This document shows positions 1 to 9,188 of a stretch of 64,000 nt of DNA, piece by piece. The stretch covers positions 416,001 through 480,000 of the forward strand of contig CAXXKT010000003.1 in assembly GCA_963662405.2 (NCBI GenBank). Direction: 5' to 3'. A program made the position numbers and the translations under genes. The notes beneath the pieces were generated by a model, which saw nothing but the letters and a program-made list of their open reading frames with translations, was not told where the DNA came from and did no database searches. Source of the DNA: Syntrophales bacterium. GTDB lineage: Bacteria; Desulfobacterota; Syntrophia; Syntrophales; UBA2210. Positions within the stretch are counted from its first letter, which is position 1; every line of letters starts with the position of its first letter.

Positions 1-46
1 TCGTGCAGACTGCACGCTTTTTATCCAGATTTCCGTAGGTAACCTT

Positions 47-1471
47 ATGAAAGATGATAATAAGACGAATAGACAGCTTGTACATGAACTGACGGAATTG
101 CTCTCGCAAAAGGCCGAGGAGGCCCTTTGCTATGCCGAAAGCATTGTGGAAACTGTTCGAGAGCCTCTTCTGATCCTGGATGCGAATCTAAGGACAATCT
201 CGGCGAACCGCAGCTTTTATAAAACCTTTAACGTAACTCCTGGTGAGACGATAGGACGTCTCATCTATGACCTTGGAAACAAACAATGGGACATCCCCAA
301 ACTTCGACAGTTGCTTGAAGGAGTTCTTCCTGAAAAACAAGTGTTCGACGATTTCGAGGTTGCCCATAATTTCCAGGACATCGGTCATAAAATCATGCTG
401 CTCAATGCCCGCCAGATATATCGGAAGGACATCGGCGCAGAGATGATCCTTGTCGCGATTGAGGACATAACCGAGCACAAGCGACTGGAAGATCTATTAG
501 CTGAGGCCGAAGGGCGCTACAGGCGTGTTTTTGAGACCGCAAGCGACGGGATAGTCTTTTTCGAACAAAGAGAAGGGAATATAACCCATGCCAATTCGGC
601 CATCGAGAAGATGTTGGGCTATACCAAAAAGGAGATCATCGGTAATAAGCTTCGGGACATAGGTGTTTTGCTCGATATGGGTGATTTACAAACGACACTG
701 CAAATGTTGGTTAAGAGCGGCATTAGTAATTACGATGCTATTCCGGTAAGAACCAAGTCCGGGCAACATATCGATACGGATATATATCTCGCCAACAGGG
801 CAAGGTTGGTACAATGTAATATTCACGACATATCCAGTCGCATACAGGCGGAGGAGACACTTCAGCAAACCCTGGAAAGTCTTAGGAGTGCTGTCAGATC
901 AACTATTCAGGTAATAATATCGACCGTGGAGGCAAGAGATCCCTATACCGCCGGCCACCAGCGCCGGTCCGCGGATCTTGCCCGTGCCATCGCCACGGAG
1001 ATGAAACTTTCCCAAGACAGGATTGAAGGCATCAGGATAGCCTGTTCCATCCATGACCTCGGGAAGCTATCCATACCTGCGGAGATATTGTCCAAACCAA
1101 GAAAGCTAACGGAAGACGAGTTTTCCCTGATTAAAGAACATGCAAGGAAAGGCTACGACATCCTGAAAAATGTGGAATCCTCGTGGCCGCTGGCGGAGAT
1201 TGTCTACCAGCACCATGAACGGATGGATGGTTCGGGCTATCCGAGAAACCTGAAGGGTGACGAAATACTCATGGAGGCCCGCATTTTGGCCGTTTCTGAC
1301 ATAGTCGAAGCCATGGCCTCCCACCGTCCCTATCGCGCCGCTCTTGGTATTGACGCGGTCCTGAAAGAGATTGATGACAACCGGGGGATTCTGTACGATC
1401 CCGAGGCGGTGGATGCCTGTCTGAATTATTCCGGGAAAAAGGTTTTCAATTTAAAGGTGCTTGATGATTAG
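47..1471 (+). CDS. PAS/PAS/HD-GYP c-di-GMP phosphodiesterase
   Basis: Two PAS-like segments (ETVREPLLILD..., FETASDGIV...); HD motif HDLGK and HHERMDGSGYP. The extreme C-terminus may be frameshifted. Confidence 0.9.
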   Translation: MKDDNKTNRQLVHELTELLSQKAEEALCYAESIVETVREPLLILDANLRTISANRSFYKTFNVTPGETIGRLIYDLGNKQWDIPKLRQLLEGVLPEKQVFDDFEVAHNFQDIGHKIMLLNARQIYRKDIGAEMILVAIEDITEHKRLEDLLAEAEGRYRRVFETASDGIVFFEQREGNITHANSAIEKMLGYTKKEIIGNKLRDIGVLLDMGDLQTTLQMLVKSGISNYDAIPVRTKSGQHIDTDIYLANRARLVQCNIHDISSRIQAEETLQQTLESLRSAVRSTIQVIISTVEARDPYTAGHQRRSADLARAIATEMKLSQDRIEGIRIACSIHDLGKLSIPAEILSKPRKLTEDEFSLIKEHARKGYDILKNVESSWPLAEIVYQHHERMDGSGYPRNLKGDEILMEARILAVSDIVEAMASHRPYRAALGIDAVLKEIDDNRGILYDPEAVDACLNYSGKKVFNLKVLDD

Positions 1472-1709
1472 AGGAAATAATTGCTTCCATTCATGACCGA
1501 AAGTTGCAGTTTCGTAGGTGGCGTCAATACCCGGCCCATGTCCTTTTTTCTTCGATTACATATGCACAGTATGGGTTGAACTCTACTACCTGAAGATGTT
1601 CATCCAAAAACAAGACTACAATAAATAATCAATAACCTCATGGCACACTCAAGAGTGTAGATACGTGCTTATTAATATACAAGAAATAGGTATATCTTCA
1701 CTTGACTAC

Positions 1710-2873
1710 TCATGTTTCTTTTTCCTCTTTCTTGAGCAGTTTTTCTTCTTTTCTTGATAACTGAAACAATTTATCTTCAAGGTGTTTCATTTTATCCACT
1801 ATTCCAACAACATCCTTTAGCGTCGCCATTGCGCCAGATAAAGCCTCAACCGCATCCGCTGGATATTGAGAACCATTGAGAGTTCTTATTGATTGTCGTA
1901 TCAGATCATTAAAACGATTCACCCTCTTCTCAAGATCACGTTCAAGCACTATAACATTTTGATCAGTTTCTATTTTTTGTTCTTCCAGATATATTTCTTT
2001 TTGCAACTCCTCCTTTTCCTTGCCAACGCTTTTCTGAAAACGATTCTTCATTTCCATCAATTGTCTATCGTCCAAAACAGAAAGGCGTCGCAAAATCTTC
2101 TTGAGGTTTTGAATGGTCTTAAGGAATATATCCTCAGAGTTAGAAATTTTTTTAAGCTTATTTGAAATACTTTCTCTGTCCTTGGTAGTAAGATTAGCAT
2201 TGTCCGCCTGAATAATACGGATTATTTCAACAAGAGATTCTTCCATGTCCGAGATACTCTTAACCTCAAGCCTGGTAAATCTGTTTTCTTGTTGCCTGAT
2301 AACTTTCGATTCTTGGTTCTGGATATCGATTTCCTCGCTGATTTCCTTTGTCAATGGATTTTTCTTACTGAATCCGCTGGCGAGATCACTACTCGATTTC
2401 CATCCGGCGAGTATCTTGTAGACGGAGTAAATGAAAAGGACCAGCAAGGCGAGATTGACAAGCCCCATATTGTTATTGCCGAGATAGGAATAGATAAAAG
2501 GAAATTTCATCCACGAAAGAAGATAGAAGAGGGCATATACAACGAAAAAAGCCCGCTGGCCTGACATCCCGAATCCCCGGCACAATGCATAGGGTATCGT
2601 CGCGACGATAAACACGAGTAGCAGCGTTCCGATAATGCCCCAGCCTTCAAAGAGGATCGTCAACATATCCTTCCACATGAACGTCCCGGCAGTCATCATA
2701 AGTCCTACGGCCACGATCAACGGTTTCGCGTAGGCCCTGTCGAAGTGTTTTCTCAGTGCCAGGCCTGTCAGAGAAATAAAAAAGATCAGAAGGAGTGTAA
2801 AATAGACCCATTCGGAATACTGCGCCAGAAGATCGCTGGGGCGGATGGTATCAAGAGGAGACAGCAGGAACAT
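1710..2873 (-). CDS. Hypothetical polytopic membrane protein with long C-terminal coiled coil
   Basis: 387-aa ORF; about 5 hydrophobic segments in the first ~155 aa, then an E/K/L-rich heptad-like tail. Confidence 0.8.
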   Translation of the reverse strand: MFLLSPLDTIRPSDLLAQYSEWVYFTLLLIFFISLTGLALRKHFDRAYAKPLIVAVGLMMTAGTFMWKDMLTILFEGWGIIGTLLLVFIVATIPYALCRGFGMSGQRAFFVVYALFYLLSWMKFPFIYSYLGNNNMGLVNLALLVLFIYSVYKILAGWKSSSDLASGFSKKNPLTKEISEEIDIQNQESKVIRQQENRFTRLEVKSISDMEESLVEIIRIIQADNANLTTKDRESISNKLKKISNSEDIFLKTIQNLKKILRRLSVLDDRQLMEMKNRFQKSVGKEKEELQKEIYLEEQKIETDQNVIVLERDLEKRVNRFNDLIRQSIRTLNGSQYPADAVEALSGAMATLKDVVGIVDKMKHLEDKLFQLSRKEEKLLKKEEKET

Positions 2874-2985
2874 GACATTCCATGAAACCTTGGTATTTAT
2901 AAAGTTTACTATTTCAAAGGAATGATCGGTGAATCGTCATAAGTACGGCTATGGACCTGCCCATACTGCATCGTAGTAAATCTTG

Positions 2986-3627
2986 TCACGAATTGGCGGG
3001 GCATTCTCTATACAGTGAACCCCTATCGTCCTGACACAGAAGAGGATTGGAAGAACACTGAGTCTGGGCCGTTTTTGAACGGGTGGAATTCTCGATTGTA
3101 AATGCTCCGACCATATATTGGTAGTCGCCTCCCTGGAAGGCGATTCTGAGAGAAAGGTCTTGACAGTCAAACTCGTAAGGAAGGGGGGCGCCAACCGTGC
3201 CGTTATAGGATGTTGCAGGGATGGCAAATGCGTATTGTCCTTGGGGAAGGCACGAAAATGTAAAGCCCTCGGTTTCATTGACGGTTGTCCAGTCCATGGG
3301 GTGTGTTGTCCTGATGCGGTTCATGACAACCGAATAATTCGTGCTCGGTGTCTCGTAAAGAGAGACCTTTGAACCGGGAATTATGTTTCCCGAGACAATA
3401 CCGCCAACATCGATGCATGCGCCGTCGGATATTCTTGAAGGCGTGGATGCCTGTTCAGACGATGGGACACAAGGTACAAGTATCGTGATCGTGATGGGAA
3501 CGTTGAGAGGGCTGGGTTTTCCATGCTGAAGCACGCATGTGCTCTGTATCGCCAGTATGACGATCAGGAGAAAGATGGCACATTCGATTTTGTACTGTCG
3601 AAAATATGTAATGAACCTTTTGTGCAT
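2986..3627 (-). CDS. Hypothetical membrane-anchored/exported protein, Cys-rich, probable beta-sandwich
   Basis: 213-aa ORF with N-terminal hydrophobic anchor (CAIFLLIVILAI); FTFSCLPQGQYAFAI resembles carboxypeptidase-regulatory/Ig-like strands. Confidence 0.65.
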   Translation of the reverse strand: MHKRFITYFRQYKIECAIFLLIVILAIQSTCVLQHGKPSPLNVPITITILVPCVPSSEQASTPSRISDGACIDVGGIVSGNIIPGSKVSLYETPSTNYSVVMNRIRTTHPMDWTTVNETEGFTFSCLPQGQYAFAIPATSYNGTVGAPLPYEFDCQDLSLRIAFQGGDYQYMVGAFTIENSTRSKTAQTQCSSNPLLCQDDRGSLYRECPANS

Positions 3628-3669
3628 AGGTCCGGTTTAGGATCTCATGGTATTTATATTTTTCGGTGA

Positions 3670-4527
3670 TCAGTTGATTTGAAGGGATGCAGCCACAGAC
3701 CGGCCGATCTCATCATAGCCGGTTATGGTGATGGAAACTCGTTCTTTCGAACCCAACAGGGCCGCTTTCAGCAGTCCCCTGTCGATCGAAAGGGGTATCG
3801 TCGTTTGGACTGAGCTGTTGTTGAGACGGAGAGGACGAGGCAAGGCGCCCTCATATTCTGCGCTCTCCAATTCAGGTACTTTCCAAAAGAACAGGGTGAT
3901 GAGCTTTGCATGGCGATACCTCGTATCCATAGTCATTCGATATCCGGTCATGGTGACGCCTATGCCATTGGTCTCATGTATCTCGATGCATACCCGGTTT
4001 CCGGTCTTGCTGATCAGCCGCGCCGAAACCCTGGCACCGATGGTAAGTCTCTTGAGCCTCTCCAGATCACGGGGACTCATGCGAACGAGCACAAAGCAGA
4101 TATGGCCGTCACCGGTGTTACGGAAGGCATATTCCTTGATGCCCTGCTGTATGGAGTTCAAAAGCCATCTGGCGGTATAGCTGAGCCTTTCTTCGATATC
4201 ATGGTGTGTGTGATCGAGATCCCCGGATAATCGTGATTCATGGGATAAACGATACTCCGCACCCATTGCCTGGAGGATCTGACTGACAGCCGAATCGAGG
4301 GCCTGCCGCCGCGCCGCCTCGATCGAAGGGCAGGCCCGGGAGATACCCACAAATGAATCTGCCGGTATTGCGATCGCCCAATCGGGAATGTGCAGTGACA
4401 CCAATTTGGCTATGGAAGCGGATTCAGTTTTGAGGACAGCCGCCAAGGCCCCACCGGCATCACTTGAACCAAGGCTGACAGATGCCAGGATCGAAAGAAT
4501 GCAACATATACGGCGCAAGAAGGTCAC
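3670..4527 (-). CDS. Exported hypothetical protein, LPP20-like N-terminal domain
   Basis: Signal-peptide-like N-terminus; IPDW..FVGIS..ARRQALDSAVSQI pattern resembles LPP20-type lipoprotein domains; 3 bp downstream of the lipoprotein gene. Confidence 0.6.
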   Translation of the reverse strand: MTFLRRICCILSILASVSLGSSDAGGALAAVLKTESASIAKLVSLHIPDWAIAIPADSFVGISRACPSIEAARRQALDSAVSQILQAMGAEYRLSHESRLSGDLDHTHHDIEERLSYTARWLLNSIQQGIKEYAFRNTGDGHICFVLVRMSPRDLERLKRLTIGARVSARLISKTGNRVCIEIHETNGIGVTMTGYRMTMDTRYRHAKLITLFFWKVPELESAEYEGALPRPLRLNNSSVQTTIPLSIDRGLLKAALLGSKERVSITITGYDEIGRSVAASLQIN

Positions 4528-4530
4528 CGC

Positions 4531-5169
4531 TTAGACCTCGTTCCTCAGGCGTTCCAGCATTTCCAGGGCCTTTCGTTTGGCTTCCGCATCTTGATCCCGG
4601 ATGGCTTTTTTCAGAAGTCGATCGGCGGCATCGGTCTTTGCGGTGCGATAGTCTGCACGGCTGATTGCGAGATCGACCCAGGCATTATAGCGGAGGCGGT
4701 TCGCGATGGGATCAAAGACCCGCTCGTAATAGATGCTCTTCTGCGAGATGCCGCCAATCCGAAGATTCTCCACCGTCCAGGGCACGGCGTCGGTTACGTA
4801 GCGCCCGATGTCATCGCTGCCGTAATTGCCATGCATCACGGAACTGAATTCACCTCGCGCCTTGACTTCAACTGACTCAAGGAGATTCTTGACGGCCTCA
4901 CTTTTTGCCAGCCGGATCGTCAGGGCGTAATCACTCCCTCCCATGACACCGCCGGTGAAATGAAGACCCTCGTCATTTTCATAGAACGTGGTCCGGCTTG
5001 TCCACTCGGGACGATCAGTCGCGCCGGTCTTTTCCATCACCACCGGCCTGGTGAGCTCCGCCATCGCCTGATTCTGTTTGACTGCCTTGCCTCCTCCACA
5101 CCCGATAAGCACCACGAGGAATGGAACCAAAGACCAACCGACTGCCCATACTGTTACGTGCGTTTTCAT
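4531..5169 (-). CDS. Lipoprotein, LPP20-like
   Basis: Lipobox LIG-C after a hydrophobic leader; RPEW motif followed by LAKSEAVKNL helix; GGAGG RBS upstream. Confidence 0.7.
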   Translation of the reverse strand: MKTHVTVWAVGWSLVPFLVVLIGCGGGKAVKQNQAMAELTRPVVMEKTGATDRPEWTSRTTFYENDEGLHFTGGVMGGSDYALTIRLAKSEAVKNLLESVEVKARGEFSSVMHGNYGSDDIGRYVTDAVPWTVENLRIGGISQKSIYYERVFDPIANRLRYNAWVDLAISRADYRTAKTDAADRLLKKAIRDQDAEAKRKALEMLERLRNEV

Positions 5170-5189
5170 CTCTTTTTCCCTCCTGTATA

Positions 5190-5230
5190 TTCTTTTATGC
5201 TAAATTAATTTCTTTAATGCTAAATGTCAA
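5190..5230 (-). promoter_or_regulatory. Sigma70-like promoter for the leftward operon, overlapped by a 20-bp-period direct repeat (candidate operator)
   Basis: Minus-strand TTGACA (5230-5225), 17-bp spacer, TAATTT; TTCTTT(T/A)ATGCTAAAT at 5190 and 5210. Confidence 0.5.
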
Positions 5231-5296
5231 GGAAAGTTTTCTCCCCCAGAGATTTCTTTGGTGGATATTCGATTTCTTTTTTGCTACATTTTCACC

Positions 5297-5566
5297 ATGA
5301 AACTGCAACGGTTATCTCCCGAATATCTTTTGGAATTGGGAACCCGCATCAAGACGATACGGACGTACCTGAAATACGATCAGCGGCGGCTCGCCCGGTA
5401 TCTGCAAACCGCCGCCTCCCAGCTCTCGAAAATAGAGGCAGGCAAGGCGGAACCGGGCATCTACCATCTGCTGATGATTAAAAAGCTTGCGGACACAGAC
5501 GACTATTTACGGGAACACCTGACCTGGTCATGGCTGCTCGAAGGCAAAGGGAAAGGGGTCTTTTAG
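5297..5566 (+). CDS. XRE-family HTH transcriptional regulator
   Basis: LGTRIKTIR..DQRRLARYLQTAASQLSKIEAGKAEP is a canonical cro/C1 HTH; ATG at 5297 preferred over the track start. Confidence 0.85.
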   Translation: MKLQRLSPEYLLELGTRIKTIRTYLKYDQRRLARYLQTAASQLSKIEAGKAEPGIYHLLMIKKLADTDDYLREHLTWSWLLEGKGKGVF

Positions 5567-5572
5567 ATTGGT

Positions 5573-6808
5573 ATGGCGCACCGGCATTCGGGAGAAATTC
5601 AGCAAAGGGTCCGGCAGGCAGACAGAGATCTTTGGAATGCCCTGAAGAAGGAATCGACCGTTTCTCTCGTCGAACGAATCGTTGAAAACGCCGATGAGGA
5701 TGCGTTGGCAGTCCTTCATGATACGCGTACCGTTTTCTGCTACATGGGGAAGCGATTAAGGTTTGTCGAATTCCTCAATATACTGAAAGAGAAAAAAAGA
5801 AATGACCTGATAAGGTCCGGTTCCCTGATCGATGTTGATTACGTGGTGGAACGGGTCTATGATCTGACGGTGGCCAAGTTCCAGAATTTTCCCGTAAAGG
5901 ATCAAAAGAAGAAAGATCGAAAGAAGAAAGATCGAAGGAATGAGGAGGAAAAGCCAGATCGAGAATTCGCCGAAAATGTGGATTGCAGAAACTATTTCAA
6001 TGCATTCTTGATCAAGATGGAAGAGGTGCGGCGTGAGGGGAAGATAACATCTGAAATCGATGAGGAACAGGCGGCCGGTGAAATGCTGAAAATTCTGGTG
6101 TTCCGGCACTTCAGGCTTTCACTTAAAGAATGTCTTCGAAACAATGCACACTCTGTCCCTTATCAATGGAAGGTGGCCAGCACGAAAATCACCCTCTACT
6201 ATCCCCGGCATATGGGACCGGATCAATTTAAAACATGGCTTGAAGAAAATATCGACGTTCCTGGACCGAAGACAGATGTGAGATTGGAAAAGAAGCGCAT
6301 ACAACAGCGCATCGATGAAGAACTGAAAACAGGATACAGCGTTTCCTGCGATGAGCCATCTATCAATACTGAATTGAAAAGCGACGACAATCGGGCTCTC
6401 GAGGATCGCGAGGGGCAAAAATTTGTCGTGTCCTTGAGTGAGTGTGTGGCACGGGAAAAATCGGAGCATTTCACAGAACTGCGGCCAGCTATCAGGGCCC
6501 TCGGCTCGAAAGGCGTGTATAATCTGGTCCTCCGCATCTTTGCCGATATAACCGAGGGCGCCTACAACCTAAAAGAGGTCGCACAGAGCTTCGGGCTCAG
6601 CAAGGCATCTCTGAGCCGGTTTGCCGGTCCTGCCTGGTCGGGGAACGCTCGGCAGGAGATCCCCGATCTCTGGGCCAATACCGCCCATGTGCTTGCGGGG
6701 AATACCTTGTTTTCGGAAGTAGTCGAGAATGCAGGATTCGCAGGCGTAATCGATGATGTCTTGACCATGATCGCACCGGGGGAGGAGTGTGAAAATGGAT
6801 ACACGTAA
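5573..6808 (+). CDS. Sigma-factor-like DNA-binding protein (region-4-like HTH)
   Basis: C-terminal LRPAIRALG..VLRIF..EGAYNLKEVAQSFGLSKASLSRF resembles sigma70 region 4; SVSCDEP resembles the SLD-P linker. Region 2 is not clearly recognisable. Confidence 0.5.
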   Translation: MAHRHSGEIQQRVRQADRDLWNALKKESTVSLVERIVENADEDALAVLHDTRTVFCYMGKRLRFVEFLNILKEKKRNDLIRSGSLIDVDYVVERVYDLTVAKFQNFPVKDQKKKDRKKKDRRNEEEKPDREFAENVDCRNYFNAFLIKMEEVRREGKITSEIDEEQAAGEMLKILVFRHFRLSLKECLRNNAHSVPYQWKVASTKITLYYPRHMGPDQFKTWLEENIDVPGPKTDVRLEKKRIQQRIDEELKTGYSVSCDEPSINTELKSDDNRALEDREGQKFVVSLSECVAREKSEHFTELRPAIRALGSKGVYNLVLRIFADITEGAYNLKEVAQSFGLSKASLSRFAGPAWSGNARQEIPDLWANTAHVLAGNTLFSEVVENAGFAGVIDDVLTMIAPGEECENGYT

Positions 6809-7502
6809 GAATCTCTATTTTCTTCCTCTTATTGATGAGGCCCTGGGCAGTCATGAGCCGGAGGAAGCGTTGAAGAATGCCTTCACCGCCATACGCAGAC
6901 TCGGCAGGAAGCCCGAGTATGAAAGAGGATATACCCAGTTCAGGAGATTCATGAAGGCATACGTCGAAGCCTATTCGCACGTGCCCGGGTACGAACTCAT
7001 TATGCACGAAGCCATCTATCATCTGATCGACGATCTGGCCGCGGACACATACGAGGGATCAGAAGAGGAGAAACCGGCGCTCATTGAAGCATTGTCAAGA
7101 AACCCACAATGGCGGACTGCATACGAGCATGCGAAAGAGACACTGGCTGAGTTTCGCGCCCCTTCTCCTGAGTTGGCCATCGAGGTGTTGAAGGATGGCG
7201 AGACGATCGCCTCTCTTCCTGTATCGGAGATCCCCTTCAGCCTGACGGATATCGAGCCGGGGCGCTATACGGTACGTCTCTCCAACGGCAGGGTTCTCTG
7301 GGAGGGCCTCCTGGAAAAGAAGCACCTCCTCTGGTGGGAAGCGTATGGCCAAAGCGATCTTCCGATGGCGGCGAAAACCGAAGAGGATGCCCCTCGACCT
7401 ACGGTATCCGAATCTCTTATGGGCGGCGATGTGACAATGGATGTGATTCCTGATCTTCAAAGCGGGGAGATACGCTTCAGTCATGGAGAGCAAAGACGAT
7501 AA
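6789..7502 (+). CDS. Hypothetical protein, putative anti-sigma / protease substrate
   Basis: 237 aa, overlaps both neighbours by 20 nt; helical N-half, beta-rich C-half (IEPGRYTVRLSNGRVLWEG). The CDS looks real; the function is inferred from position only. Confidence 0.55.
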   Translation: MKMDTRKNLYFLPLIDEALGSHEPEEALKNAFTAIRRLGRKPEYERGYTQFRRFMKAYVEAYSHVPGYELIMHEAIYHLIDDLAADTYEGSEEEKPALIEALSRNPQWRTAYEHAKETLAEFRAPSPELAIEVLKDGETIASLPVSEIPFSLTDIEPGRYTVRLSNGRVLWEGLLEKKHLLWWEAYGQSDLPMAAKTEEDAPRPTVSESLMGGDVTMDVIPDLQSGEIRFSHGEQRR

Positions 7503-9174
7503 CAGGACCATCGGCAAAACAAAGACCGCAATCCTTTTGAAAGACACACGGGAACCGATAGCGATCATCACCGAGATATACGCGCAGGCTACCTCAGCAG
7601 ACCCTGAAGTGAAGATCACTTTTCATGGTCCCGTCACAGTCGAGGACAAAACGATTGTGCACCTTGAAACGGTCATCTTCCCGATCGTCAGCACCATATC
7701 GCATTCTCTCGGCCTTCCATCCCGCAACTTTGACATTTCCATTTCGAATGTGGGCGCCTCGTCAGCGAGAGATCTGGGCCTGAAGATCGCGGGTTTCTCC
7801 GCAGACGTTCCTTTCTTTCTGTCCATGCTCTCCGCCGGCACAGGAGCTGGTCTTCGACAGGATGTGATCGCTACGGGGCACATTGCCTCACTGGCCGGAG
7901 ATGTCGCGCCGGTTCTGGGTATCCCAGCCAAGATGGAAGCCGCCGTCGCTGCCGGCACTATCTCGGAGTTCCTCTTCCCGGATATTGAACATGATATGTC
8001 CGCAGCGCTCCTCATACCGAAAGACGAATTGAGTGCAGCTAAAAAATCCTTCTACCGATACAAAGGGGAAATCGGCCTCACAACCATCAGAGATATCCAT
8101 GACGCGATACAGATCTTTTTCACCGACGATGCCGTCGCCGTGTCTGCCCTTGCGAAGGGATTTTTCGACGGAAAAGCCGAAGCAACAAGGGACAACACCC
8201 CCCTGAACCGATCCGTCGCATTCTTTCTCGATGACAACGAAAATCGTTTCTGGCGCACCTTGAAAGACCTCCTGTTCCGCAAAGAATCCGAAAAGGCACG
8301 ATCCCTCATCCAGACTTTCATCGACTACCATCGTGCGCGAGAACGGTACCCGCGCAATTTCGGCGAGCGGCTGTACCGGCTGGCCATGTCACTGCCGCTT
8401 TTGGTCAGGAAACTCGATGGCCTCTTCCCGCTTCTCTCGGTCGATCAATGCATCGCCCTGTCTCGCCATGCGAAGCCAGCGGACCACACCGATGTCCAGC
8501 TGCTCTATCGACTGACATCACCGAATGAATTCACGAAACACATAGCTGACGAGAGTTCGGAAGCCGCAGGTACAGCACATGAAGAGGATCCGGAAGATCA
8601 GATGGTACGGAAGGTCCTGTTTGAACTGAGCGAGGTACATCTTGCACGAAAGATCGGCATGCCTCTGGATGAAGCACGGGCAAGCTATTTCCCCGGTACG
8701 ATCACCATAAAGGATGCTTTTGAATTCAACCAGGCAATTACCAGCTTCTATATTCACCTGATGCGGCATACGCAGTCACCCGAAGGTCATGTGTCATGGG
8801 ACGCCGCCGCATCCGAGGCATTAGATCGGTTGGAGGATTCATTTCGCAACAGGGGAGGCTATGCGACCGCCCTGACCGAAGCAAAAACGGGTATAAAGGG
8901 AGGCCTCCGTTTCGTATTCGACGTGATGACCGATAGCGAAAAATCGGTCATGAAGGCAAAGTATACGGCCATGATTCTCAAGGAGGCCATCGGTTCACTC
9001 GACTGGGAGGCGAAGGTTCGATGCGCCCGGCATATGCAGGATAGATACGGGCGGCATTTGCCGGAAGCATTCAAGGAAATACAACCCGAACAGCTTGCCC
9101 ATCGTTTGGAAGAAGCTCTGCGGTTTCTGTCGGAAGGAGAGAAAGATATAGATCACTGGCTGAGAACACACTAA
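7483..9174 (+). CDS. Lon (S16) protease catalytic domain fused to a C-terminal helical repeat-family domain
   Basis: GFSAD...VIATGHI..GDVAPVLGIPAKMEAA matches the Lon Ser-Lys dyad pattern (GPSAG..MTGEI..G.VLPIGG..K..AA); no AAA+ Walker motifs seen. Confidence 0.75.
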   Translation: MESKDDNRTIGKTKTAILLKDTREPIAIITEIYAQATSADPEVKITFHGPVTVEDKTIVHLETVIFPIVSTISHSLGLPSRNFDISISNVGASSARDLGLKIAGFSADVPFFLSMLSAGTGAGLRQDVIATGHIASLAGDVAPVLGIPAKMEAAVAAGTISEFLFPDIEHDMSAALLIPKDELSAAKKSFYRYKGEIGLTTIRDIHDAIQIFFTDDAVAVSALAKGFFDGKAEATRDNTPLNRSVAFFLDDNENRFWRTLKDLLFRKESEKARSLIQTFIDYHRARERYPRNFGERLYRLAMSLPLLVRKLDGLFPLLSVDQCIALSRHAKPADHTDVQLLYRLTSPNEFTKHIADESSEAAGTAHEEDPEDQMVRKVLFELSEVHLARKIGMPLDEARASYFPGTITIKDAFEFNQAITSFYIHLMRHTQSPEGHVSWDAAASEALDRLEDSFRNRGGYATALTEAKTGIKGGLRFVFDVMTDSEKSVMKAKYTAMILKEAIGSLDWEAKVRCARHMQDRYGRHLPEAFKEIQPEQLAHRLEEALRFLSEGEKDIDHWLRTH

Positions 9175-9188
9175 TCGAGGAGGAGAAA

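Noticed and set aside
1472..1709. Possible left att site of the island
   Set aside because: No match to the tRNA-Glu 3' end or to the 12-bp repeat was seen.
1762..1790. Third TGAAACAAT occurrence
   Set aside because: Lies inside a coding region and lacks the TCCGCTT half.
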